NCBI RefSeq assembly: GCF_009914755.1 | Contig: NC_060926.1 | Length of the DNA stretch: 64,000 nt | Source: the human T2T-CHM13v2.0 reference genome, Homo sapiens | Strand: one strand, 5' to 3' | In this document: positions 31,863-43,927 of the stretch, in pieces | Position numbering within the stretch: position 1 is the first letter of the stretch | Layout of the letters: each line of letters starts with the position of its first letter | Program-made: the position numbers and the translations under genes | The notes under the pieces: model-generated | Seen by the model: the letters and a program-made list of their open reading frames with translations, nothing else | What the model was told of the DNA's origin: nothing | The model's database searches: none

Positions 31863-32135
31863 GGCAGAAGTTTTTAAATTTTTTTGATTGTGTTGAGTAA
31901 TAAGGAATATGTTTTACATCGTGATCCAGCACCCACATGTACACACTCAAATACCACTGCAACAAAAGACAAAATCTTCCTAAGATAGTATGTACCCTTG
32001 CTATACTCAATGTGCTTTGATGTTTTCTTTCTTCATCTCTTCAATTCTATTTCATTTATTAAAATGCTGGCCATGCCTTATTAAACTGATGACAGTTCAC
32101 TAAAGGGTCATCACCCACAGTTTGAAAAGAATGTT
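31863..32135. mobile_element. hAT-Charlie MITE, same family as 11355-13389
   Basis: Ends 'gggtcatcacccacagtttgaaaagaatg'; internal 'ttttacatcgtgatccagcacccacatgtacacac'. Confidence 0.6.
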
Positions 32136-34259
32136 GTGTTCACTGAGGACTCAGGTGCAGTTATATGGCTGGAGTCAGTAAGAATCAAGGGCAGGGCCCT
32201 GTTTGAGCATATGTGCCACCAAGCGAAGAGAATGGGTAAAGTGTCTCTATAATTTATTTTTCTTTACTCTTTCTCGCAGCAGCTCATCCTTCGTATCCAT
32301 ACAATTTCTTGTTTCATATTCCATATCTCAAGGCTCTGATGTCTGCCAGCCTATCTTATAACCCAAAAACCCCAAGATGTAGTAGAAACTAAATTGTAGG
32401 TTTACAGTTTACCAAATACTCTATTATTCTTATAATAATACTATGAAGTTGGGTTTTTCTATATGTTACAGTTTAATAAATGGAGATTTGGTGAAGTTAG
32501 CTAACTTTTATAAGATAACTCAGCTAGTTAGTGGTGGATCCACTGATTTCATACTCATGAGATCTCCTTTCTTCCACACCACCCTCACTGCCTATATTGA
32601 TGTTTCCTTTTTATATAATGTGTTTGAATTGTAAGAAGGACTTTCTAAAAATAATATTAATTGAAGTGACAAGTATAATAAAGATGTCTCAGATTTATGG
32701 CTGGTTAGAAAGGGAGGCATTTTTGTGCTGGTAGGCCATTTTGTGTGCTTCGAATTATGCCATAGGTAATCAGCTGCTTCACCCACGGGCAGTGTGAAGG
32801 CTGCTTGTATGTGAGAGTGCATAAATGCATCCATAGATCTACATATACTTACATGTTTATGGATTTATAGAAGTTATCTAGTTTAAGTTTTGGTTTTCCA
32901 TGGGGAGAATTATAGCTCCCTCACACTTTGAGGGGCTCTATCAAGTATCAATGCCAAAAAGCCCAGATGAGCCCTGCCACCAACACAGACTCAAGATCTT
33001 AGTGAATACATCCAGGCTGGGGAGAAGCAATTCCTTTTGATAGCTTTTATACTCCATTTGAGGGGGCAGCTCCTGGCTATGCCACATCTTTTGAAGAGTC
33101 TGTTCATTCATTCATTTGTTCATTTGTTCAACAAATATTTTTTGATCGACTATTAAGCGACAGGATCTGGCAAGGGCAAGTGTGATGACCTGCACAGGAA
33201 CATTCATAAGCCCATCCCAATCTTTGGCATCTCAACCAATTGTTCTACCCCCATCCATGTGCTCAAGCCAACACTTAGGTATCAGCATTGATTACTCCCT
33301 GCTTTCTTCCCAAATTCCTGACATTCTCCTTCCACCTGCCTTACTTATTCAAAGTTTAGAGTCACCTGCCTTCTTCAAAGGGTTCTCAAAGTAGAGTGGG
33401 AGATATAGTCATATAGATGAAGCAGTATGGATGCATGAAATGTTTATGACCTACACTGGCTTTACCAAAATTCGAGAGAGGTGCAGTGTGCTTGCAATAT
33501 CCAGTGAAGTTGCAGGAGAGCAGACTCAATTTTGGTCCTTAGTTCTTCTTTTCATTATCTCGTCCTTTGACTTGGAACAACCTTGTCCTAGCCCTTCTAC
33601 CAAAGTGCAGCCTGTCAGTGCCGTGTGTTACTTTGCCCCTAATTACTGTTTACTGAATTTGCATGTAACTTTTTACATGATAAAATAATTATCATTACTA
33701 GGTAGTCCGGTTGCTGAGGCAACTAAGAGTGGTGCATGCACAGCTTATCCTTTCCCTAAAATTTAACTCTCCTTAATCAAATATAAGAGATGTTCTTGGT
33801 ATTTTCTCTTTTGTGTTTGAAAATTATAGAACATTCTACAGGTCTTCTGGCTTTTCTCCCTCTTTGTCTGTCTCTTCACAAGATTTTACTGTCTTTTCCT
33901 CAATACTTTTTTCCCCCAAATTTTATTTTTCTCAAATGTAATATATATTCTTTAAAAGTTAAATTGTATTTGAGATTTATAACAAAAATAGGAATTTTCC
34001 TACTTCATCAATTCTCACCATTACCATGCTTAATTCTTGCTTCATAAATAATCATTTAAAATACTTTTTGTGTATTATTTTAGTATTTCCCTTCATATTT
34101 CTAAATAACAGACAAATGTTACTTCTTGACTTTTCAGCTTTAGTTATGATCTAACTTTCTGCCAAGAAAGATAGCGATTTAGTTTCTGTTTCCACTTATT
34201 CTCCCCATTTGTTTCTCCTTGATTCTCCTGATAGCATTTAGCTCATGGCTTCCCTCTCA

Positions 34260-35680
34260 GCTGATGTGCCTGGAGCTTAGGAAAGAAGTGAGAGAGACAA
34301 GATGAGGCCAGAAGGGTAGATATACAGGGCCTTGTGGTCTTTGTTGAGGAGTTTGGGTTTTATCCTAAATGCAATGGGAAGCATATGGCTGCCATAAAGT
34401 TGTAGAGAAATTGTCAGATATAGGACATCTTTTCAAGGGAGAACCAGTAGAGCATCATGATGGATTGAGTGTCAGGAGTTTAGGAAGAAAGATGGATTGA
34501 GTGTCAGAGTTTAGGAAGAAAGCAGGGATTAATCAATGCTGACACCTAGGTTTTGGTTTGAGCACATGGATGGATGGTAGAACCATTTGTTGAGATGCCA
34601 AAGATTGGGGTGTGCTTATGCATGTTCCTGCACAGGTCATCAATAATTTTGTTTTGATTGAGTAAATTTGAGATGACTATTGATTCCAAGAGGAGATGTC
34701 AAGTACATAGTTGAATAGACTAATAAGGAGCTCAGTAATGATGTCTGGGAATGGATGCATAAATATGGGTGCCATTTTAATGCAGGTGGTACTGAAAACC
34801 ACGGGACTGGCTGAGATCACAGGGAGCCCAGTTCTCAGCTCAGTGTGCTCCAAGATCAAGGGATCTAGCTGAGGAAGAGAAGATAAAAGCTAATTCTGAG
34901 AACTGGTGGCTAATGTGGTAGAAGGAAGACTGGGTGGTTGTGATGTCCTTAATTCCGGGAGGAATGAGTGTTTTAGAAGAAGGAAGTTTTCAGTTGTGTC
35001 AAATGCTGATGAGATGTCAAGTGACAGAGAAGGGACCACTGCATTTGACAACACGAAGAGTCATGGCAGTGTTGGAAGAAGAATTTGGTCGATAGGTGGC
35101 TTTGGAAGCATGAATGAAAGGGCTTAAAGGTTTATAATGAGGATGTGGGGACCGTGACAGGTGCTACACCAGAGCCCAGGAGGCAGTGAGAATACACTAT
35201 AGAGAATCATGACCTCGTCAGGACATCAGGAAGTTTCTCCCAAGTAAGTAGCTCTGAGATCTGTCCCGAAGTCTAAAGAATGAGAAGGAGTTGAGTATGT
35301 GAGACAGTGGGGAGGGGAAAGAGTGTTTCAGGAAGAGGGAACAGGATGTGAGAAGACTCAGAGATAGCAAGGCAAGTGCAAAGAAATGAAAGAAGGCCAA
35401 AGAATATGGGAAAGTGATATGGGGTCGGGGGAGGTGGCTGGAATTGAGGGGTATTTAGGGACTCAGGCTTTGCAAGATACCCTAATCTTATTTGTCTATC
35501 CCAAACACAATGGGATGTTATTGAGACGTTCTCAAAAATAGTTTTGTGGTTTTCAAATATCATGTGGCTAGTATACAAAGAGCAGACAGGAGGTGGATAA
35601 GTGTGGCTAAGGAGAGACAAATTAGGAGGCTTTTGCAGTGGTCCAGACAAGAAATGATGGCAGCTTATTCCAAGCACAGG
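34260..35680 (-). mobile_element. L2 remnants
   Basis: 'ggagtttgggttttatcctaaatgcaatgggaagc', 'gtgtcaaatgctgatgagatgtcaag', 'aattaggaggcttttgcagtggtccag'. Confidence 0.7.
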
Positions 35681-38600
35681 GGTCAGTGAGGGAATTATGT
35701 CACAGAAGCCCTTCACAGAACAAAGAAGCAAGTTCAATAATAGCAGTAAAAGTGTTTTATCTTTGGCAATGAGCACAGTCTTTGCATTTGACAATATCTC
35801 ATGTTAATTTATTCTGTTGACTAATTGCTCTTTGGAGAAATGGAACTCATTCACCATTAGGTTTGACATGTTAAATTAATCAGATCTCTTAAAAGGCTTC
35901 CAACTTCTGAAAGGCTCAGACAGTTCAAAATTTCATCCCCATTTATCACACTGTTTTTGACATGATATGCAAAGAAAAATAGCCTCATTCATTCCTATCT
36001 ATACTCTGGCATACTTCTTGAGGCACAGGGGCATTTACTGGGTTACAAATGACTTCCCTGTTATTCAAGATAAACTGATGCCTTTAACTTGACTTTATTA
36101 TCAATCTATTATTTATCAATAAGAAACCCTTCAAACAGTGTTTCAAAAATTGAAGCATACAGCAGATTACTTTCCAATTCCTTTAATTTCTGATCACATC
36201 ATTTCTGATTTTGAGATCACTTTCCAAAAAGATGTTCTCTTCTCTACAATGAGATATGTTGTGTATAACACATTTTCTATTACGTTGCCATTTTCTTTTA
36301 ATGGAACTCAACTTGAAGTATCCATTTTTGGCTTGGAGCAAAATGAGATTCTTTGGCTGAGCTCTTGCATTAACAACCCCTGTTGTGCTGGTTCTTGTTC
36401 TTCAAAACCCTAAGTGATGTACTGAATGGATCTTCTCACATCCCATACATCTTTGCACATTTCTGACTGATTCTAAATATTCCCTCCCCAAATATAACCT
36501 TTATGCCTTTCTACTAAGCTCTTCTATTTCATTTCAATGCTGCACTCAGACATAGTTTATCATATTTTTATTCAAAGATGTGGTTCTTGTTTTAGGAGAT
36601 ACAAATACCTAAAAATAAATTTTGCAGAACTTTTAGATAAACTTTTAAGGGAACTGTTCAGTCTTGAACAAAGGTCTAACTACTTCTTGGCCTGTACTCC
36701 GTAAAGTCTCCATCTGAATGCATGATCTGTTGCTCTCAGTACTGTTGAGAAGGTGTTTCACTGGCTCTGAGCAGGATTGCATTTGTGCTCTTGTGCTCGC
36801 TCCCTCTGTTTGTACTTTTCCAAAGTCTCCTGACCACTCTTTCTCTGTCCTTGTCTCACACGCCTCCTCCCACTGATTGCCTGGCTCCTGATGAAAGTTT
36901 ACAGTTGAATCTTTCTTCTTCTCCATTGCCCATTTTAATTCATACAGTCTTCTCACCAACTCTATCTTCCTTTTCATCCCTCCTCTAGTAGTCTATGCTG
37001 TATTTTCATTCACTTGCATGTTAACCATGCTTAAATGGGCTAAATTATCAGGCATCATTCATTCGCTAATTCAGTCAGCCAGCTGACAAACACAGCCTCA
37101 CTACACAGCCAGCACCCTGTTATATAGGAATTCAGGTGAGAATGAGACAGAATCCATGTCCTCAAAAAACATCCACGGGATACAAAATCATATCACCAAG
37201 TTTCTGGATACAAAGCGTGAATCCATGCTTAAATCTGGATTCAAAAGGAACACTGTCTGCAGTGTTTTTTTTTTTTCACTGAGCTGGAATCTGCTTACTT
37301 AGAAGGACTGGTTTAAACAAAGTGTTAAGGATATTCCATGACATCTACAAGGGATTTTTGTATTATTAAGTACTTACTAGGAGCCTGGCATTATTCAGGC
37401 CTATTACACTAATTAATCTTCAAAGCGATCATGGAAGGAAAAACATTTTTATCCCTGTTTCATTAATGAGAAAATCAGAGCTCAGAAAATTTAAAACATG
37501 TCCAATATCACATAGCTAATAATTAAGTTGCAATGGCTATTTTAACTAAATCTTATGAATATTTTCAGACTCAAATTTAGCCCTTATCACCCATCTTCAT
37601 CAATTATTAACATGTTGCCATTCTCCATTCTTCCTTCTTCCTTCTTCTTTCATCCATCACCCCCTGCCATTTCCTTTTTTTTTTTTTTTGGACAGAGAAG
37701 TATTTTAAGCAAATTCAATATGACATATTACTTTACCTGTGTATATTTCCATATGTAACTTTTATAGATGTGAACTCTAAAAAGACACAAGCACAATATT
37801 ATTATCACAAACAACAAAATTACCAACTTTCCTGAATAATTGCTTAATAGCATCTAATACTCAACTCAGGATTTCGTTCTTCTGATTGTCTTTCTGGAGT
37901 TTTTAAATATTTTTCTTAACAATTAAGATCTAAAATGGAACCCAGTCTGTCTTCTTCGTGAGCACCCCCATCCTCTTGCTCATCATTAGGCAGGGCTGTC
38001 TAGCTTGGGCCCACAACACAGCCGCCCCACCTCAGACTGATTGTTCTGATTGATAACTGCTTTGTGTTGTGCTGGGGTGCAGCCCTGAGAGACAAGTGAA
38101 AGACCCTCTGGCCCTCTGCCATTACCACTGCCAAGGTCTCTGCCTCTGCTACCCTCACGTTTGGGAGGGACCATAAAGCCTGAGCTAGCTCCACGGCTAT
38201 GGTGTGCAGCCCAGGAGTGCCAAGCCAAGATCTGCATCCAGCATTTGAGTGGAAGAGGAGCCCACACCTTCAGAGCACTGCAAGGGACCACAGCTGCAAT
38301 CATGAGGAAATACAGAGGAGCCACTTGGCTAAGAGCCTACCAGTCATTGCACTTAAGCACCACCTACTGGATCACGGCCTGAACTTCAACACCAAAAATA
38401 CTTTGCTGTATCCCCCCTCCATTTCTGTGAAAGGAACGATAAGAATTCAGCTACAAATAAAGACCCTGCACAAATACTTAGCCCTCTGAAAACATCCAGA
38501 AATGAAGACAACTCATTATACTCAAATCCCACTGTAGTTAAAGGAACATTAGCCCATACAGTTGAGAAAGGACCAGTGCAAGAACTCTGTCAACTCAAAA

Positions 38601-39903
38601 AGCCAGAGTGTCTTCTTTCCTCCAAATAACTGCACGAGTTCCCTAGTGATGGTCCTTAACCAGGCCGAAATGGCTGAAATAACAGACACAGAATTTAGAA
38701 TATGAATGGGAACAAAGACCACTGAGATTCAGAAGAAAGTCAAAACCCAGTTTAAGGAATCTAAGGATTACAACAAAATAATACAGGAGTTGAAAGACAA
38801 AATGGCCATTTTAACAAAGAACCAAACTGATCTGACAGAGCTGGAAAACACACTACAAGAATTTCATAATACAATGGCAAGTATTAACAGAAGAATAGAA
38901 GAAGAGGCAAGAGGCATGTGAGACAAGGACAAGCTGTGGAAACAATCTCAGAACCTGAAGACTGATTCTCTGAACTATCTCCGTGAGGCAAAAATAAAGA
39001 AAAAAAAGAATTTTAAAAACAAACAAAACCTCTGAGAAATATGGGATTGTGTAAAGAGATGAACTCTGTAACTCATTGGCATCCCTGAAAGAGAAGGAGG
39101 GAAAACAAGCAACTTGAAAAACATATGTGAGGATATTGGCCATGAACATTTCCCAATCTCACTAGACAGGCCAATATTTAAATTCAGGAAATGCAGAGAA
39201 CCCCTGTGAGATACCATACAAAACAACCATCTTTAAGATGCATAATCATCATCAGATTCTCTGAGGTTGACATGAAAGAGAAAATATTAAAAGCGACTAG
39301 GAAAAGAAGGGATAAGTCATCTACAAAGGGAACCCCCTTAGTATAACAGTGGACTTTTCAACAGAAACCTTATAAGCCAGAAGAGATTGGGGACCTATAT
39401 TTAGCATTCTTAAAGAAAAGAAATTCCAACCAAGAATTTTATATCCAGCCAAATTCAGCTTCATATGTGAAGCAGAAATAAGATCCTTTTCAGACAAGCA
39501 AATGCTAAGGGAACTCATTGTCACCAGAATTGCCTTACAAGAGGTGCCTAAAGGAGGGCTAAGTATGGAAAAGAAAGACTTTTACCAGCCATCACAAAAA
39601 CACACTTAAATAAATAGACCACTGACACTATAAAGCAACTACACAATCAATTCTACATAATAACCAGCTAACAATATGATAATAGAATTAAATCCACAAA
39701 TATTTATGTTAACTTTGAATGAGAACAGGCTAAGCAGCCTGATCAAAAGGCACAGAGTGGCAACTTGGATAAAGAAGCAAGACTTAACTGTATGCTGTCT
39801 TCAAGTTACCCATCTCACATGCAAGAATACAAGCTCAAAGTAAAATGATGGAGAAAAATCTATGAAGCAAATGGAAACCAAAAATATCAGGGGTTGCTAC
39901 TCT

Positions 39904-39956
39904 TTTTTTGTTTTTAAGACAGAGTCTCACTGTGTTGCCTGGGCTGGAGTGCAGAG
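39904..39956 (-). mobile_element. Severely 5'-truncated Alu (~50 bp) inside L1 ORF2
   Basis: T tail plus 'agacagagtctcactgtgttgcctgggctggagtgcag'; TSD ggttgctactct / ggttgctattct. Confidence 0.85.
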
Positions 39957-41893
39957 GTTGCTATTCTAATTTCAGACAAAACAGACTTTTAACTGACAAT
40001 GATCAAAAAAGACAAAGAAGGGCATTACACAATGGCTAAGGGTTTGATTCAATAAGACAATTTAACTGTCTTAAATATATATGCACCCAACACAGGGCAT
40101 CCAGATTCATAAAACAAGTTCTTAGAGACCTACAAAGAGACTTAGATAATTATACAGTAACAGTTGGAGAATTTAATATCCCATTGACAGTATTAGACAG
40201 ATCAACAAGTCAGAAAACTAACAGAAATATTCAGGACCTGAACTCAATACTTGACCAAACGGACCTAACAGGCATCCACAGAACTCTCCACACCAAAACA
40301 ACAGAAAATACATTCTTCTCATCTGCACATGGCACATACTCAAATCGATCCCACAATTGACCATAAAACAATTCTCAGCAAATTAAAAAACTGAAATCAC
40401 CAATCACACTCTTAGACCACAGCACAATAAAAATTGAAATGAATACCAAGAAGATTGCTCAAAACCATAGAATTACAGATAAACTAAACCACATGATTAT
40501 GAATGACTTCTGGGTAAGCAATGAAATTAAGGCAGAAATCAAGACATTCTTTGAAACTATGAGAACAGAAGACACAATATACCAGAATCTCTGGGACACA
40601 GCTAAAACAGTAGTAAGAAGGAAGTACATAGCACTAAATCCCTACATGAAAATGTTAGAAAGATCTCAAATTAACAACCTAACATCATACTTTGAGGAAC
40701 TGTAAGAACAACCCCAAAGCTAGCAGAAGACAGAAATAACCAAAATCAGAGCTGAACGGAATGAAATTCAGAAGTAAAAAACCATACAAAAGATCAATAA
40801 AAGAAGAAGTTCTTTATTTGAAAGGATAAATAAGTTGATATACTGCCAGCTGGACTAATGAAGTAAAAAAGAGAGATGGTCCAAATAAACACAATCAGAA
40901 ATGACAAAGGGGACGTTACCACCAACTCCACAGAAATACAAAAAACCATCAGAGACTGTTATAAACACCTCTATGCATACAAACTAGAAAATCTAGTAGA
41001 AGTAGATAAATTCCAGAACACATACACCCTCCCGAAACTGAATGAGGAAGAAATTCAAGCCCTGAATAAACCAATAATGGGTTTAGAAACTGAATCAGTA
41101 ATAAAAAGCCTACCAACCAGAAAAAGGCCAGGGCCAGATAGATTCACAGTCAAATTCTACCAGAAGTATAAAGAAGAGCTGGTACCATTCCTACTGAAAC
41201 TATTCCAAAAATTGAGGAGGAGGACTCCTTCCTAACTCATTCTATGAGGTCAGGATCATCCTGATAACAAAACCTGGCAGTGATGCAACAGAAAAAGAAA
41301 AATTCAGGTCATTATCCTTGATAAAAATTGATGCAAAAATCCTCAACAAAATACTAGCAAACTGAGTCCAGCAGCACATCAAAATGCTAATCCATCACAA
41401 TCAAGTAGGTTTTATCTCTGGGATGTAAGGTTGGTTCAACATGTGCAAATCAACAAATGTGATCCATGACATAAACAGAACTAAAAACAAAAATCACACA
41501 ATCACCTCAATAGATGCAGACAAGGCTTTTGATACAATTCAGCATCCTTTCATGTTAAAAAAATCCTTAACAACTAGGCATTGAAGGAACATACCTCAAA
41601 ATAATAAGAGCCATCTATGATAAACCCACAGTCAACATCATACTGAATGGGCAAAAGCTGAAAGCATTCCCCTTGAGAACCAGAACAAGACAAGGATGTC
41701 CACTTTCACCATTCCTATTCAACATTGTATTAGAAGTCCTAGCCAGAGCAATCAGGCAAGAGAAAGAAATAAAAGGCATCCAAAGAAGAAGAGAGGAAGT
41801 CAAACTATCTCTGCAGACAATATGATTTTATCCCTAGAAAACCCATAGGCTCTGCCCTAAAGCTCCTAAATCTGAGAAACAATGTTAGCCAAG

Positions 41894-42244
41894 TGTATTA
41901 GTCTGTTTTCATGCTGCTTATAAAGACATACCTGAGACTGGGCAATTTGCAAATGAAAGAGGTTTATTGGACCTACAGTTCACCATGGCTGGGGAGGTTT
42001 CACAATCATAGTGAAAGGTGAGGAGCAGCAAGTCATGTCTTACATGAATGGCAGCAGGCAAAAAGAAAGCTGTGCAGGAATACTCCCTCTTATAATAACC
42101 ATCAGATCTCATGAGACTTACTCACTATCATGAGAACAGCATGAGAAAGACCTGCCCCCATGATTCAATTACCTCCCACAGGGTCCCTCCCACAACACGT
42201 GGAAATTCAAGATATTTGGGTGGGGACACAGCCAAACCATATCA
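41894..42244 (-). mobile_element. THE1-family (MaLR) solo LTR
   Basis: 'tgtattagtctgttttcatgctgct...ggggacacagccaaaccatatca'; perfect 5-bp TSD ccaag. Confidence 0.93.
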
Positions 42245-43624
42245 CCAAGTTTCTGGATACAAAATCAATGTACAAAAATCAGCAACACTTTCATACATCA
42301 ATAATGTCCAACCTGATTGCCAAATCAAGAACACAATTTCATTCACGATAGCCACAGAAAGATTAAATACCTAGGAATACATCTAACTAGGGAAGCAAAA
42401 GATCTCTACAACAAGAATTACAAAACACTCCTGAAAGAAATCAGAGATGACAGAAACAAATGGGAAAACATTCCATACTCATGGTTAGGAAGAATCAGTG
42501 TTTTTAAAACGGCCATACTACTCAAAGCAATTTATACATTCAAAGCTATTTCTATCAAACTACCAATGACATTTCTCACAGAATTAGAAAAAACTATTCT
42601 AAAATTCATATGGAACAAAAAAGAGCCCAAAGAGCCAAGGCAATCCTAAGCCAAAAGAACAGAGCTGGAGGCATCATAGTACCCTACTTCAAAGTATTCT
42701 ACAAGGCTACAGTAATCAAAACAACATGGTACTGGTACAAAAATAGATACATACTAATGGAATAGAATATAGAGCTCCCAAGTAAAGCTGCACACCTACA
42801 GCCATCTGATCTTTAATAAAATTGACAAAAACAAGCAATGAAGAAAAGAGTCCCTATTCAATAAATAGTGCTAGGATAACTGGCTAGCCATATGCAGAAG
42901 ACTGAAGTTGGATCCCTTCCTTACACCATATACAAAAATTAACTCAAGAGGGATTAAATATTTAAATGAAAAACCTACAATTATAAAAACCCTTGAGGAA
43001 AACCTAGGAAATACCTTTCTAGACATAGGCCCTGGCAAAAATTTTATGATAAAGATGCCAAAAGCAACAAAACAAAAATTGACAAATGGGACCTAATTAA
43101 ACTAAAGAGCTTCTGCATATCAAAAGAAACTATCAACAGAGTAAATAGACAACCCATAGAATGAGAAAAATATTTACAAACTATGCGTCTGGCAAAGGCC
43201 TAATATACAGAATCTATAAGAAACTTAAATTAACAAGCAAAAAACAAACACCACTAAAAAATATCAAAGGACATGAACAGATACTTTTCAAAAGACATAT
43301 GCATGTCCAACAAGCTTATGAAAAAATGTTCAACATCACTGATCATTAGAGAAATGCAAATCAAAACCACAGTGAAATACCATTTCACATCAGTTGGAAT
43401 GGCTATTACTAAAAAGACAAAGAATAACAGATGCTCATGAGGCTGTAGAGAAAATGAAGTGTTTATACATTGTTGGTGGAAATGTAAATTAGTTCAGCCA
43501 CTGTGGAAAGCAGTTTGGTGATTTCTCAAAGAACTTAAAACAGAACTACCATGTGACCCAGCAATCCCATTATTGGGTATATGCCCAAAGGAATATAAAT
43601 TGTTCTACCATAAAGACGCATGCT

Positions 43625-43927
43625 GGCCAGGTGCGGTGGCTCACTCCTGTAATCCCAGCACTTTGGGAGGCCGAGGCAGGTGGATTGCTTGAGTCTAGGA
43701 GTTCGAGACCAGGCTGGGCAACAGGGCAAAACCCCATCTCTTCTAAAAATACAAAAATAAGCTGGGCATGGTGGCAGGTGCCTGTAATACCAGCTACTCA
43801 GAAGGCTTAGGTGGGAGAATAACTTGAACCCAGAATGCGGACGTTGCAGTAAGTTGAGATCATGCAACTGCACTCTAGCATGGGCAATAGAGTGAGACTC
43901 CATCTCAAAAGATAATAATTAAAAAAA
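43625..43927 (+). mobile_element. Old Alu (J or early S) inside L1 ORF2
   Basis: 'ggattgcttgagtctaggagttcgagacc'; approximate TSD aagacgcatgc / aaacacatgc. Confidence 0.9.

Noticed and set aside
35273-35794. 173-aa ORF with a hydrophobic, signal-like N-terminus
   Set aside because: Mostly overlaps L2 remnant sequence, appears to begin at a non-ATG codon, and has no recognisable homology.
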